DNA of 64,000 nt, taken from NCBI GenBank assembly GCA_018676675.1, contig JABHEG010000064.1:26211-90210 (forward strand). The letters run 5' to 3'. This DNA is from Lentisphaerota bacterium. Its GTDB lineage: Bacteria > Verrucomicrobiota > Lentisphaeria > Oligosphaerales > JABHEG01. Both the position numbers and the translations under genes were made by a program. A model generated the notes under the pieces. That model saw only the letters and a list, made by a program, of their open reading frames with translations, had not been told where the DNA came from and made no database searches. Of this stretch, positions 38,311 through 48,281 are shown in pieces. Within the stretch, counting starts at the first letter, position 1, and each line of letters starts with the position of its first letter.

Positions 38311-39441
38311 ATGGACACTGCTATGCCCCTGATCAGCCCCTTCCCCGCCAGCCGCTTCTTCGACTTGCACCGCCTGCTGGCCTTGACGCCGGGGCCGTCC
38401 AACCACGAGGGACCGCGACGCCTCGTCCTTGAGGAACACCTACACGCCTGCGATGTCCGCACCACGACAGATCCGGCGGATAATCTGTGGGTGCATATGG
38501 GATCCGGACCATGGGAAGATACGATCGTTTTCGACGCCCACGTGGACGTTGTGGAGCGTGGGTATGCAAGGGAGGTGATCCACGGCGCTGATACCCTTCA
38601 GGGGCTGGGAGTGGGGGACGACCTCGTGGCGGTGACGATGCTGGCTCTGCTGGCCGAACAGCTGGCCGACGAACGGGGCGCTCTTGAACGCCCCCTGTCC
38701 ATACTTTTCAGTGTGGGAGAAGAGGGCCTGGGCAATCTTCGCGGCGTAAGACAGGTTGTCGCAGACCATCAGACTGCCCCATGGGCATTCGTGTCCTTCG
38801 ACGGCTCATTGGACCGCTGTGCCAACGTGGGTCTGGGCTCGCTGCGCTACCGATTGCGTGTATCCTGTCCGGGGGGCCACAGCTGGGGCAACTACGGAGC
38901 CCCCAATGCCATCGACCAACTGACGGACGCCCTGGCCGTTCTCAGGGCGGCCCATCGGAAGGTGGCCGGCAGCGTCGACGCACCCGTTAGCTGGAACATG
39001 GGAACGATCAACGGGGGGCAGGGGATCAACTCCATTGCCCGCATGGCTGAAGCGACGTTCGAGTGTCGGAGTACATGTCCTCAGGCTCTGAGCCGCATCG
39101 ACCGCGCGTTCGCGGAGGCACTCCGGCCAATCCGCGCTCGGGAACATGTCAAAGTGATGCGTCGTGTCATCGGGCGAAGGCCCGCCGCGCAGGCTGTGCA
39201 TCCCGAACGCCTGGTACCAGTCGCAACGGCCGTTTTGAAGGAAACGGGCATCGAGCCGGAGTTCAAGCCAGCCAGCACAAACATCAACGCCCCGCTCGCC
39301 GCGGGCTGGCCGGCCCTCTGCATGGGCCTCTGCATCTGCGGGAATGCACATCGCGAGGATGAGTTCGTGCAGCTTGATTCACTGCCGAAGGGATGGCGGT
39401 GCCTCTCCCGGCTCCTCGAGGAGTTGGTCGTCAGGAAGTAG
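38311..39441 (+). CDS. M20-family metallopeptidase/deacylase (ArgE/DapE/PepT-like)
   Basis: IVFDAHVDVVERG...GVGDDLVAV...FSVGEEGLGNLRG...GGHSWG...NINAPLAAGWPALCMG match the M20 metal-ligand and dimerisation-domain patterns. Confidence 0.55.
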   Translation: MDTAMPLISPFPASRFFDLHRLLALTPGPSNHEGPRRLVLEEHLHACDVRTTTDPADNLWVHMGSGPWEDTIVFDAHVDVVERGYAREVIHGADTLQGLGVGDDLVAVTMLALLAEQLADERGALERPLSILFSVGEEGLGNLRGVRQVVADHQTAPWAFVSFDGSLDRCANVGLGSLRYRLRVSCPGGHSWGNYGAPNAIDQLTDALAVLRAAHRKVAGSVDAPVSWNMGTINGGQGINSIARMAEATFECRSTCPQALSRIDRAFAEALRPIRAREHVKVMRRVIGRRPAAQAVHPERLVPVATAVLKETGIEPEFKPASTNINAPLAAGWPALCMGLCICGNAHREDEFVQLDSLPKGWRCLSRLLEELVVRK

Positions 39442-39790
39442 AGGTGCCATCGTTAGCCGCAGGCGGGTGACGTGACAAAAGGCATCCGAATGAGGCGGAA
39501 CTCAAGGAGCTTGGGGCCACGAAACGGCTGCTCCAAGGTGGCACCGGGCATCCCCTGCCGGGTGATTCTGTGGGAGGCATCCGAATGCCCCGAAACTTAA
39601 GCACCTCGCTCCTGCGAGGCGGCTGCGTCAACGTGGGAGGCGGTGCCACCCGCCGATTGCTTAGTTTCTGGTCTGGAGACAAAGATCGGGGCGTGGCAGC
39701 CCCTCCCACCTTGAAAGGCTACTAAGTTCCGCCTCATCCGAAGGCATCCCTGCCACCGTTTCCACCCCCGCCTCTCACGAAACGGCCAGT
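39442..39790. repeat. Repeat-rich, highly self-complementary 350-bp intergenic region between convergent genes (candidate structured ncRNA or MITE remnant)
   Basis: ggcatccgaatg occurs at 39481 and 39577. atgaggcggaac (39490) has its reverse complement gttccgcctcat at 39726. cacgaaacggc is directly repeated at 39519 and 39776. ggtggcacc (39538) pairs with ggtgccacc (39641). gtgggaggc (39570, 39633) pairs with gcccctcccacc (39699). Confidence 0.45.
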
Positions 39791-40936
39791 TCACGCCTGG
39801 TCATTCGGGCCGTGCCAGACACCGTTATCCGGGTCTCGGCGCCAGCCGGGCTCGTCGACACTGAACGGATCGTGCTTCCAACCGCCGTCAAGGGCGGCGA
39901 CCGTCTCTTCCCAGGACTTGATGCCGCTCAGCGCGTCAGGCACCTGGACGTTGAAAGAACCAACGGCATTGGCGATACACCCGCACCGGGTGGGGAGTTC
40001 ATCCCGCAGCAAGGCGGCCAGGAATCCGGCGATTGTCGTATCCCCGGCACCGGTTGCCCCTACGACCTCATCGACCTCATAGACAGGGAACCACAACTCA
40101 CGATTGGCCCAGGCTTCGGGGCACGATGGCGCAGCTCCCCCGATTCCCGCAATTGCCTCGGCTGTTCCTGTACGCACGTAGATTCCCCGCGGGCCAAGCT
40201 TGATGGCTGAAATGGCCACTCCCATTTCCAGAAGCCGCTCGCTCAAGGGCGCCAGGTCCGACGCTGTCAGGTTGTCACCTTCACCGAACCGGTCGCGGTC
40301 GAGAGCGTAGAGGAGTTCGTCGCCACTGGGCATGAACACATCAACGTAGGGTAAGCTGCGCTCAAGAATGCGTTCCCAATCAGCGGCGCCGGCCGGGCCA
40401 TTCGGGTCCGGCATAGCGAGATCCACGGACGTGGTCAGACCGCACGCCTTCACCCGCCGACAGATCTCCACCAGCTGTTCCCCATCGTCGCTGTAAATCG
40501 ACGCCATCAGGGCCGGATAGCCAAAGTGGAACAGGGAAGCCCCATCGAGAGCGTCGTACTGAATGTCGTCGGCCAGGAAATCGGCATTGGCGCCCGGACA
40601 GTGCAGGAAAATCCGGTCCGACCCGGGGATGTTCACCACGACCGTGTAGGAGGTCACGACACCCGGCATCATCACCATGCCGTCCGCCAACGCATCGTCA
40701 TAAGTACGCAGAACGCCGAGGACTCCTTCGCCGAACGAGTCATCACCGATTTTCCCCATGAGTGTCGTTGGGATACCCAGAATGTGGAACGCCACACCGG
40801 TATTGGAGACAGCCCCGCCGGTGCCGATCAGGGGAGCGCCGACCTCGTAGAGGCGACCTGGAATGAGGTCGAAGGCATGGTCGATCCCGGGGATGATATC
40901 AAGGCAAATATGGCCGGCGACAACAGCGCGTTTCAT
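39791..40936 (-). CDS. PfkB-family carbohydrate kinase (ribokinase-like)
   Basis: PfkB C-terminal signature VVGATGAGDTTIAGFLAAL. N-terminal MKRAVVAGHICLDIIP. Confidence 0.75.
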   Translation of the reverse strand: MKRAVVAGHICLDIIPGIDHAFDLIPGRLYEVGAPLIGTGGAVSNTGVAFHILGIPTTLMGKIGDDSFGEGVLGVLRTYDDALADGMVMMPGVVTSYTVVVNIPGSDRIFLHCPGANADFLADDIQYDALDGASLFHFGYPALMASIYSDDGEQLVEICRRVKACGLTTSVDLAMPDPNGPAGAADWERILERSLPYVDVFMPSGDELLYALDRDRFGEGDNLTASDLAPLSERLLEMGVAISAIKLGPRGIYVRTGTAEAIAGIGGAAPSCPEAWANRELWFPVYEVDEVVGATGAGDTTIAGFLAALLRDELPTRCGCIANAVGSFNVQVPDALSGIKSWEETVAALDGGWKHDPFSVDEPGWRRDPDNGVWHGPNDQA

Positions 40937-41297
40937 GGTCTGGGGCCTCCCTCGTCGGTGCTCACTGAACGGCTCATCTGAGCTGCTCGCTCACTGTAGA
41001 CGGCGCCCCTCTGATTGCAACTGACAAGCCGCGGGCCCCGCTCAGAATGGTGCAGTCCCTTCTGGAGTCCAGCTGGCTGGAAGGGGGTCAGTCGGGGCAT
41101 GGCGCCCCCCCTCACGCTGAGGCCGGCCAACCCAATGTGGGAGCGGGTGCCATCTCGCGATTGAGTTCCACCCAAGCGTGGCAAAGCTGTGCGCCACGAC
41201 CGACCGTGAGTTGACGGTCCGCCTCCGCAACGGTAGACTCACAAACTGGGCCGCGAGAGCGGGTGCTTTGCAGACATCCTACGCAAGGAGGAAGAAG

Positions 41298-44200
41298 ATG
41301 TCGAGTCGACTCATCACCGTCGGAGTTCTGTGCATGTGCTGCTGGTCGGTCGCGCAGCAGGTCGATGTTCCTAACGCAACATTTGAGTCCGGCGCCAACA
41401 CACCGGCCGCCTGGACGCTGTCCGGCGGAAGCGGAACATGGCTGCCCGCAGGAACGGCTGGCGAGAGTCGAGCCATCGCCGTCACCGGAACGGGATCTGA
41501 CACGAACTACTGGCGTTCCGGGAACCTGCCGCTGCTGCCCGCACGCGTGTACCGGCTGTCCTTCCGGGCCAGAAGTCTCGGAGGCAGTGGAGGGACGCCG
41601 GTCACCGGCCCCATTTTCTGCAATCGTGACCTCGGCTCAGTCCCCGATGAGTGGAAGACATTTCAGTCCATTTTCGCCACCCCCCCCCTCATCGACCCGG
41701 AGAGTGCGTGGCTCAGGTTCGGCCAGTGGCACATCTCCGGCCAAATTGCCTTCGATGACATCGCCTTGACCGAGGTCGAGCCGGTACACAGGCGGCAGGC
41801 CAACCTGGAATTGGGGGCGGGGGAGAGTCTTGAGGGCAGGGCCTACACGTTCCAGGCCCCGCTTAACGGCACGTCCCGAAATTACTCCCGGGCGCTGAGT
41901 TCATTCGCCTGTGGGTTCAACAGCAACCGTTGGGTTTTCGGGGCCAATCGCGAGGTGGTATACCGACACCAAGTCGGGAATCGTCAGCAAACCGAAGCCC
42001 GTATTGAAACGGGTATCCGATGGCATGCCGGTGGCGAGCTAGCCGTCGACGTCAGCGCGGATGGCGAACGATGGACCACGATCGGCACGAAGGCTGAAGT
42101 GGGGGATGTCGCCCTCGCCATTCCGAAGGCCCTCCTCCCCGCACGCGAAATTTGGGTACGGCTGCGAGCTCAAGCACGGAAGCAGGTCGGCACGGAATCG
42201 GACCCCGGGTCGTTCCAGATCGGCCAATACAGCTACACGGCCACCGTTGACGGGCCGCCTGTCGAGCTGCGGGGAGACACCCAGTTCCTGTCCGTCAAGA
42301 CCTGTTCACCGACGCTGGGTGTGAACATCCTGAGTCTGGGCGACGGACTTCCCGGTGCAAACAACGTCGTCGAAGCCGAACTGACCAACCGGGGGACGGT
42401 AGCTCTGCCGATCTCTCCCAGGGTCCGCATGTCCTGGGACGGGGGAAACCGGGACTACACCGGGACACCAACTGAATTACCTGCCGGGGCGACCAAGACG
42501 ATCCGCTCCCCCTATGATGTTCCCGTAACCGGCGAGGTCACCCTCGCGTTTACGCTCGGCAAAGCTGCGGAATTCCATGGTCGCGTGGAGCTCTACGTCC
42601 CGGAGTTCTTTGACATGTCATACGGTGAACTCGTCCCCGGGACGACCGAAGGCACGCAGCTGTGGTGGACACACTCAGGATGGAAAGTGCCGCAGACACG
42701 CCCGGCACCAGTTGCCCGAGGGAAGGCGGTCCGGATAAGTGCTGCCAGGAACGAGACAGATGCCGCCCAGTTGATCGTGAGGCCAGCCCGTCGGCTCACG
42801 GGATTGACGGCCACTGCGTCCGCTCTCCGGGGGGCCAACGGAGCCCAGATCCCGGCCGCCTCCGTCGAGGTCCTTCGGGTGGGCTACGTACCGGTCACAC
42901 GAACGACCGATCATACCGGTGTGATCGGCCCCTGGCCGGATCCACTGCCCCCGTTCAAAGGGCCGATTGACGTCGCGGCAGGAGACAACCAGCCGCTATG
43001 GGTTCGCGTCCACGTTCCGCGCAACGTTCCGAGCGGCACGTATGAGGGTCGAGTCTGCCTCCGAGCTCAGAACATGAACGCAGACGTACCGCTTCAGGTT
43101 CGCGTATACGACTTTGACCTGCCGGACCGCATGACCTGCACGACTGCCTTCGGTTTCAGCGCACCAACAGTCTGGCGTTACCAGAAGATCCCTGGCCCTG
43201 CTCAACGACGCGATGTCCTGGCCAAGTACTTCGCCAACTACAGCGCTCACCACATCTCTCCCTACAATCTCGCCCCGCTCGACCCATTCCGTGTCTCATG
43301 GCCCAACGCCAGTGCCTGGAAGGGAGGCGCGAGAGACCGGAACGTCAAGTATGCCGGCAGCGGCTCGATCCGTCTGCAGGACGACAGCTTGACCGGTAAT
43401 GTGTCAACCCAATTCGCGGAGCCGATCACTATCCCCAAAGGCGGCTTGCGACTGACGTTCCGCTATCGGACCGCCAAACCGGGGCACGCGTTCATCGTGA
43501 CCTTCAACCACAGCGACAGCAATAGGCAATGGATGTCCGGCAGGAACAACGACATGCGGATAACCGGCGATGGAACGTGGCAGCTCTTCGACCGTACCGT
43601 CACCCGATTCCCCAGCGGAGCACAGTCACTGATCTTGACCCTGTGGGCCACAACCTACCGCGAAGACGGCGCACTGACAGGAACAGTCTGGTGCGACGAC
43701 GTGTCCCTGACTGATGCCACCACGGGGAAAGGCCTGGTGACAGGGGGAGAGTTCGAGCCGGTGGAGGCCGACTCGCTGACTCCGCTCTTCGACTGGTCTG
43801 CGTGGGATCGAGCCATGACCGAGGCGATCGAGACCTACCACTTCAACTCGTTCCGGTTCCCCATACAGGGGCTGGGTGGCGGGACGTTCCATGCTAGGCG
43901 CGACCCAGACCTTCTCGGCTACACCGAGGACACCCCCGAGTACCAGCACGCATTCAGAGCATTTTGCTCCGCGGTCGAGAGCCATCTCCAGGAGAAGGGG
44001 TGGTTGGACGAAGCCTATGTCTACTGGTTTGATGAGCCCGATCCGAAAGACTACGGGTTCGTCATGAACGGGTTCCACAAGCTCAAGAAGGAGGCTCCCG
44101 GACTCCGTCGCATGCTGACCGAACAGGTTGAGGACGGCCTGGTCGGAGGACCGAATCTCTGGTGCCCCATATCCAACCACTTCGACCTCGAAGACGCCGA

Positions 44201-44810
44201 GGAGCGACGCGCCGAGGGTGACCAGTTCTGGTGGTACGTCTGCACGGGCCCGAAAGCCCCCTATTGCACGCTCTTTATCGACCACCCGGGCACCGAAATG
44301 CGCGTCTGGCTATGGCAAACCTGGCAGCGCAAGATTGAGGGCATTCTCGTGTGGGCCACCAACTACTGGACCAGCGGATGCGCCTACCCGGACTACGCAC
44401 ATCCTCAGAATCCCTATGAGGACCCCATGGGGTGGGTCTCCGGGTACAGCACCGAGGCCGGCACGAAGCGTCCCTGGGGCAATGGCGATGGGCGGTTCAT
44501 CTACCCGCCCGAGGCAGCTGCGGACGCCCAGCAGGAGGGACCTGTCCTCGAAGGGCCGGTAGACAGCATTCGCTGGGAGATGCTGCGTGACGGCATTGAG
44601 GACTATGAGTATCACGCAATCCTCAAGCGTCTCATTGAGGAGAAGAAGGGACAACTTTCCGCTCAGCGGACTCAGCAACTGAAAGCCCTGTTGGATGTCC
44701 CGGAAGCCATCACCGCGGACGCAACAACGTTCACCAAAGACCCGGCTCTCATTGAGGCGCGACGAGACCAGATCGCCACGGCCATCGAGGCGCTGTCCGT
44801 CAGGAAGTAG
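41298..44810 (+). CDS. Large secreted protein: N-terminal CBM4/9-like beta-sandwich + putative glycoside-hydrolase-like (DUF4091-like) catalytic region
   Basis: AAGGAGG RBS, then ATG at 41298 (the track ORF began at an upstream GTG, 41178). Signal peptide MSSRLITVGVLCMCCWSVAQQ. NATFESG...W CBM-like motif. C-terminal WWYVCTGPKAPYCTLFIDHPGTEMRVWLWQTW...NGDGRFIYPP. Confidence 0.6.
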   Translation: MSSRLITVGVLCMCCWSVAQQVDVPNATFESGANTPAAWTLSGGSGTWLPAGTAGESRAIAVTGTGSDTNYWRSGNLPLLPARVYRLSFRARSLGGSGGTPVTGPIFCNRDLGSVPDEWKTFQSIFATPPLIDPESAWLRFGQWHISGQIAFDDIALTEVEPVHRRQANLELGAGESLEGRAYTFQAPLNGTSRNYSRALSSFACGFNSNRWVFGANREVVYRHQVGNRQQTEARIETGIRWHAGGELAVDVSADGERWTTIGTKAEVGDVALAIPKALLPAREIWVRLRAQARKQVGTESDPGSFQIGQYSYTATVDGPPVELRGDTQFLSVKTCSPTLGVNILSLGDGLPGANNVVEAELTNRGTVALPISPRVRMSWDGGNRDYTGTPTELPAGATKTIRSPYDVPVTGEVTLAFTLGKAAEFHGRVELYVPEFFDMSYGELVPGTTEGTQLWWTHSGWKVPQTRPAPVARGKAVRISAARNETDAAQLIVRPARRLTGLTATASALRGANGAQIPAASVEVLRVGYVPVTRTTDHTGVIGPWPDPLPPFKGPIDVAAGDNQPLWVRVHVPRNVPSGTYEGRVCLRAQNMNADVPLQVRVYDFDLPDRMTCTTAFGFSAPTVWRYQKIPGPAQRRDVLAKYFANYSAHHISPYNLAPLDPFRVSWPNASAWKGGARDRNVKYAGSGSIRLQDDSLTGNVSTQFAEPITIPKGGLRLTFRYRTAKPGHAFIVTFNHSDSNRQWMSGRNNDMRITGDGTWQLFDRTVTRFPSGAQSLILTLWATTYREDGALTGTVWCDDVSLTDATTGKGLVTGGEFEPVEADSLTPLFDWSAWDRAMTEAIETYHFNSFRFPIQGLGGGTFHARRDPDLLGYTEDTPEYQHAFRAFCSAVESHLQEKGWLDEAYVYWFDEPDPKDYGFVMNGFHKLKKEAPGLRRMLTEQVEDGLVGGPNLWCPISNHFDLEDAEERRAEGDQFWWYVCTGPKAPYCTLFIDHPGTEMRVWLWQTWQRKIEGILVWATNYWTSGCAYPDYAHPQNPYEDPMGWVSGYSTEAGTKRPWGNGDGRFIYPPEAAADAQQEGPVLEGPVDSIRWEMLRDGIEDYEYHAILKRLIEEKKGQLSAQRTQQLKALLDVPEAITADATTFTKDPALIEARRDQIATAIEALSVRK

Positions 44811-44817
44811 GCAGCCC

Positions 44818-47415
44818 ATGCACACGTATGTCACGTTTCTGCTCGCCGGCCTGCTCGCGGGTGCCTGTTCCGTTCACGGACAGAACCTGCTTCCCGACGG
44901 TGGTTTCGAGGATGGGGAGTTGGCCCCGTGGGGATACCACCAGGAGAAGAATGCCAGGGCAAACGGCGCAGTTGAGACTGTTCCCGGTGCAGCGGGTACG
45001 AGAGCATTACGCATCAGCGTCACGGCCGCTCAACAGTCGAACCACGTCCAGGTAACCTGCCCGTTTGCGGCCTCCGCACTTGTCGAGGGGGAGGTCTATG
45101 AACTCACCTTCCAGGTCCGGGCCGTTCCTCCCCGGACCTTTTCCGCGCATCTCATCGGCAATGCCCGGCCCTGGACTAACGCGGGGCTGCGTGAGACCCT
45201 CCAGACACGTGAAGCATGGGAGCGGAAACGCTTCCTCTTCCGCGCTGTACGACCAGCTCAGGAGAGGGTCAAGGTCGACTTCTTCCTAGGCGACCAGACG
45301 GGAGATGTCTGGTTCGACGACGTCGCCCTGATTCGCTATGTTCCTCCGCCTCCCACACCCGACACTGGGGGCCCCGTTCTCACCAACGGCCGTTGCGAGA
45401 TCGCCTTTGGGAACGATGGCACGATCGCCAGGATTCGGGACACGAAAACGGATCGCATCCTCGTCGGAGGGATGACCCGGCCCCCGGCCTTCTCGTGCGA
45501 ACTCCGCACCGGCGACCAGGTAATCGGCCGATCGAGCGCGGATGCCGAGAGCGTGGAGCTCAAGGAGACGGGGAACGGTCTGACGTGGGCATATGTCTAC
45601 CCGGATATGACCGTGACCACAGCCGTCCTGCCAGTCCCGTCGACCTCCCTGTTCCGGTGCGCCGTCGCCATTGAGAACCGCGGCAGGAATGCCATCACAG
45701 CCGTCAGGTATCCTGTCCTGCGGGCGCCGGCCAAACTGGGTGAGGGTTCTGCGGACGATGTGTTCCTCTACCCGCGCTGCGATGGCGGAATCGTTGAGGA
45801 CCCCGCGCGGCAATTCCGCGGGAAGGTCCTCGACGACACATACCCGGGGCCGCTGTCCTGCCAGCTGATGGCGCTCTACGACGACACGGCCGGCCTGTAC
45901 GTCGCGACGCACGATCCGGACGGCTTCCCGAAACGTTTCACGGCCAAGCTCAAACTCGACCTAACGGTTGACATCGCGCATCTGTTGCCCATCACTCCGG
46001 GCGCCAATGTCCGGCTGAGCTACCCGGTTGTCCTCGGGACGTTCGCAGGTGACTGGTACGATGCCGCGGAGATCTACCGAGCGTGGGCATGGGAGCAATC
46101 GTGGTGCGCCAAAACGCTCCTTCAGCGCGAAGACACACCCGCCTGGATCCGCAAGGGCGGCGTGGTGACCTGCTACAACCCTCGGGCGCGGACCAAGGAT
46201 GGCAAGATGCGTTTCGAAGACGCTGGGCTGCGCGCTTTCTGTGAACAGTTCACGAAAGACTTCGGCGTACCGGCCATCCCCAACAACCGCGGCTGGGAGC
46301 GCTACGGGGAATGGTGCGGTCAGGAGTACTTCCCTCCATTCCCGGATCAACCGACGTTTGAGAGGCAGGCCCAGGTCATTCGCGACGCCGGTGGTCTTGG
46401 GATGATCATGTTCTCTGGCTGGCGCTGGACGATCGACAAACCACAGCATGGCGGAGAAGTCCACAGCAACCAGGCCCTCTTCGATCGTGAAATCTGCAAG
46501 CACGCGACCTGCGAGGCAGACGGCGTTACCCCACGGGTCAAGATATCGGAGAAGAAGAAGGACTGGCATGGTACCAAGTATGCGAGGCTCTGCCCGGCGA
46601 CGGCCTTTGCCCAGGATACCGTCGTCGACGCGGCCAGAGCCTGCGTCAGAGCAGGTTACCCGATCGTCCACTTCGATCAGGAAGTCAGCGGTCCCGCTGC
46701 GACCAGTTTCTGCGGCTCACAGGCCCACGGTCACCAGCCTGGCTACGGCCGCTGGATGCACGAAGCCATGGCAGACATGTACGAGCGACTGCGTGCGGAG
46801 TGCGCACCGTTGAGTGCTGACTTCGCCTTGTCCATGGAAGAGCCCAACGAGTTGTACCTCCCCTGGCTCAACGTCTGTCAATCGCGCCCGAACGGGCTCA
46901 CCAGCACGTTCCCCATGAAGCCCCCGCTGACCCGTGTCGTGCCGTTGTTCTCTTTCCTCTACCACGAGCATATGGTTGGCTGGATCGCCTTCTACCCGTG
47001 GCGAAGCGTGGGACACCATGCGGTGACCGTTGCTCAAGGCTTTGCTGCCGGCATGATGCCGGGCGTTCATGTCGAGAGTACGTATCGCTGGGAGCCGGAC
47101 GTTCGGGAAGCCTTCAAGACGATGGTCCGGAACGGCTCCCGCCTGTGCTTCAACGAAGGGATCGACGCCCTCATCTTCGGACGCATGCTGAAGCCACTGA
47201 CGCTGGACATCCCGGTGCGCACACTCAAGACCAACAAGAATGGCAAAACGATCTGTGTGCCTGCTGTCTACCACAGCGTGTGGCAGACGGCAGATGGTGG
47301 ACGTTGCGTGACCCTCTTCAATCCGGAACGGCAGGATCACATCGTGCAGATCCCACAACTCGCCAAGCCGGTGACAGTCCCCGCTCTCGATGCTATCCTC
47401 GTCTCCCTGCCCTGA
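44818..47415 (+). CDS. Large secreted protein with N-terminal CBM4/9-like domain and unassigned (probably glycoside-hydrolase-like) C-terminal region
   Basis: ATG at 44818 (MHTYVTFLLAGLLAGACSVHG signal peptide). The upstream in-frame part of track ORF 44695 overlaps the preceding gene. LLPDGGFEDGELAPWGY CBM-like motif. Confidence 0.55.
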   Translation: MHTYVTFLLAGLLAGACSVHGQNLLPDGGFEDGELAPWGYHQEKNARANGAVETVPGAAGTRALRISVTAAQQSNHVQVTCPFAASALVEGEVYELTFQVRAVPPRTFSAHLIGNARPWTNAGLRETLQTREAWERKRFLFRAVRPAQERVKVDFFLGDQTGDVWFDDVALIRYVPPPPTPDTGGPVLTNGRCEIAFGNDGTIARIRDTKTDRILVGGMTRPPAFSCELRTGDQVIGRSSADAESVELKETGNGLTWAYVYPDMTVTTAVLPVPSTSLFRCAVAIENRGRNAITAVRYPVLRAPAKLGEGSADDVFLYPRCDGGIVEDPARQFRGKVLDDTYPGPLSCQLMALYDDTAGLYVATHDPDGFPKRFTAKLKLDLTVDIAHLLPITPGANVRLSYPVVLGTFAGDWYDAAEIYRAWAWEQSWCAKTLLQREDTPAWIRKGGVVTCYNPRARTKDGKMRFEDAGLRAFCEQFTKDFGVPAIPNNRGWERYGEWCGQEYFPPFPDQPTFERQAQVIRDAGGLGMIMFSGWRWTIDKPQHGGEVHSNQALFDREICKHATCEADGVTPRVKISEKKKDWHGTKYARLCPATAFAQDTVVDAARACVRAGYPIVHFDQEVSGPAATSFCGSQAHGHQPGYGRWMHEAMADMYERLRAECAPLSADFALSMEEPNELYLPWLNVCQSRPNGLTSTFPMKPPLTRVVPLFSFLYHEHMVGWIAFYPWRSVGHHAVTVAQGFAAGMMPGVHVESTYRWEPDVREAFKTMVRNGSRLCFNEGIDALIFGRMLKPLTLDIPVRTLKTNKNGKTICVPAVYHSVWQTADGGRCVTLFNPERQDHIVQIPQLAKPVTVPALDAILVSLP

Positions 47416-47525
47416 AGTCCACACCCATGTCCGGAGCGAGGCCTCTTTGGAGGGGCGATGTCCCCAGCGCCCGTGCCTCAGGCCCGAAAGCTGGAACACG
47501 GCGACCGGCGCCTGGGGCCCAACCC

Positions 47526-48281
47526 CTACCGGTAGGGATTGAAGTCAGCTCTGAACTCAAGGCCCAGGACCTCACGAGCCCGATCGCAGTTGCAGAACTC
47601 AGACGCCTCCGGCATGCCTGTGATATGCAGGATCTCGAGACCGATTCCGGGTGTCTCCAGGGCCAACCGACAGGCCTCAGCGAAGTCGTGTCGGCAGACC
47701 GTTCCGGGTCGTAGGCTCTGCCCGTTGCCCAGTGGTCGTCGGGCATATCCAATCCCGAGCTTGGCATCGACAATCCCATCGGGACGCAGCACGACGATGC
47801 TCATCCCGTGAGCATCGTGGAACTGCCTGCACATCTCCTCTTGCAGGCGCTTGCACACGGCGTACCTCGTCGCGTCAGGGCGCCGGATCTCTGCGCTGAA
47901 AAAGACACCCTCGGGGTGGACGGTCTGGCATGACCCGACGTGCACGACTCGCTTGATTCCATGCTTCCGAGCTGTTTCCAGGACGTTCCACATCCCTTTC
48001 ACGTTCACCAGAAAGGGGGTATCGGCGTTGTCGTCGCCGCCGCTGAGGTGCGCGGCAACGTGGATAACTCCGTCCATTCCCTCCATTGCGCGATCGACTG
48101 CATGGTAGTCCGTCATGTCGCCGTACATGATCTCCCCGTCATCCCACGGCCCGTCCAAGTCGGAGTAGGCATCCCATGAATGGGCATTCCGCGCAAAGGC
48201 CCTGATCGCGTGCTTCCCCGCCAGGTTCGCCAACACTGCTCTGCCCGTCCAACCAGCTGCCCCTAACACAACAACGTTCAT
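47526..48281 (-). CDS. NAD(P)-dependent epimerase/dehydratase-family (SDR-like Rossmann) protein
   Basis: MNVVVLGAAGWTGRAVLANL glycine-rich NAD-binding motif. 4-bp overlap with the upstream radical SAM gene. Confidence 0.6.
   Translation of the reverse strand: MNVVVLGAAGWTGRAVLANLAGKHAIRAFARNAHSWDAYSDLDGPWDDGEIMYGDMTDYHAVDRAMEGMDGVIHVAAHLSGGDDNADTPFLVNVKGMWNVLETARKHGIKRVVHVGSCQTVHPEGVFFSAEIRRPDATRYAVCKRLQEEMCRQFHDAHGMSIVVLRPDGIVDAKLGIGYARRPLGNGQSLRPGTVCRHDFAEACRLALETPGIGLEILHITGMPEASEFCNCDRAREVLGLEFRADFNPYR

Noticed and set aside
47524-47537. Perfect 14-bp palindrome ccctaccggtaggg
   Set aside because: It overlaps the stop codon of the minus-strand epimerase gene and is 110 bp from the convergent gene end. 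It may help terminate transcription, but there is no U-tract, and it is too short to call a feature with confidence.
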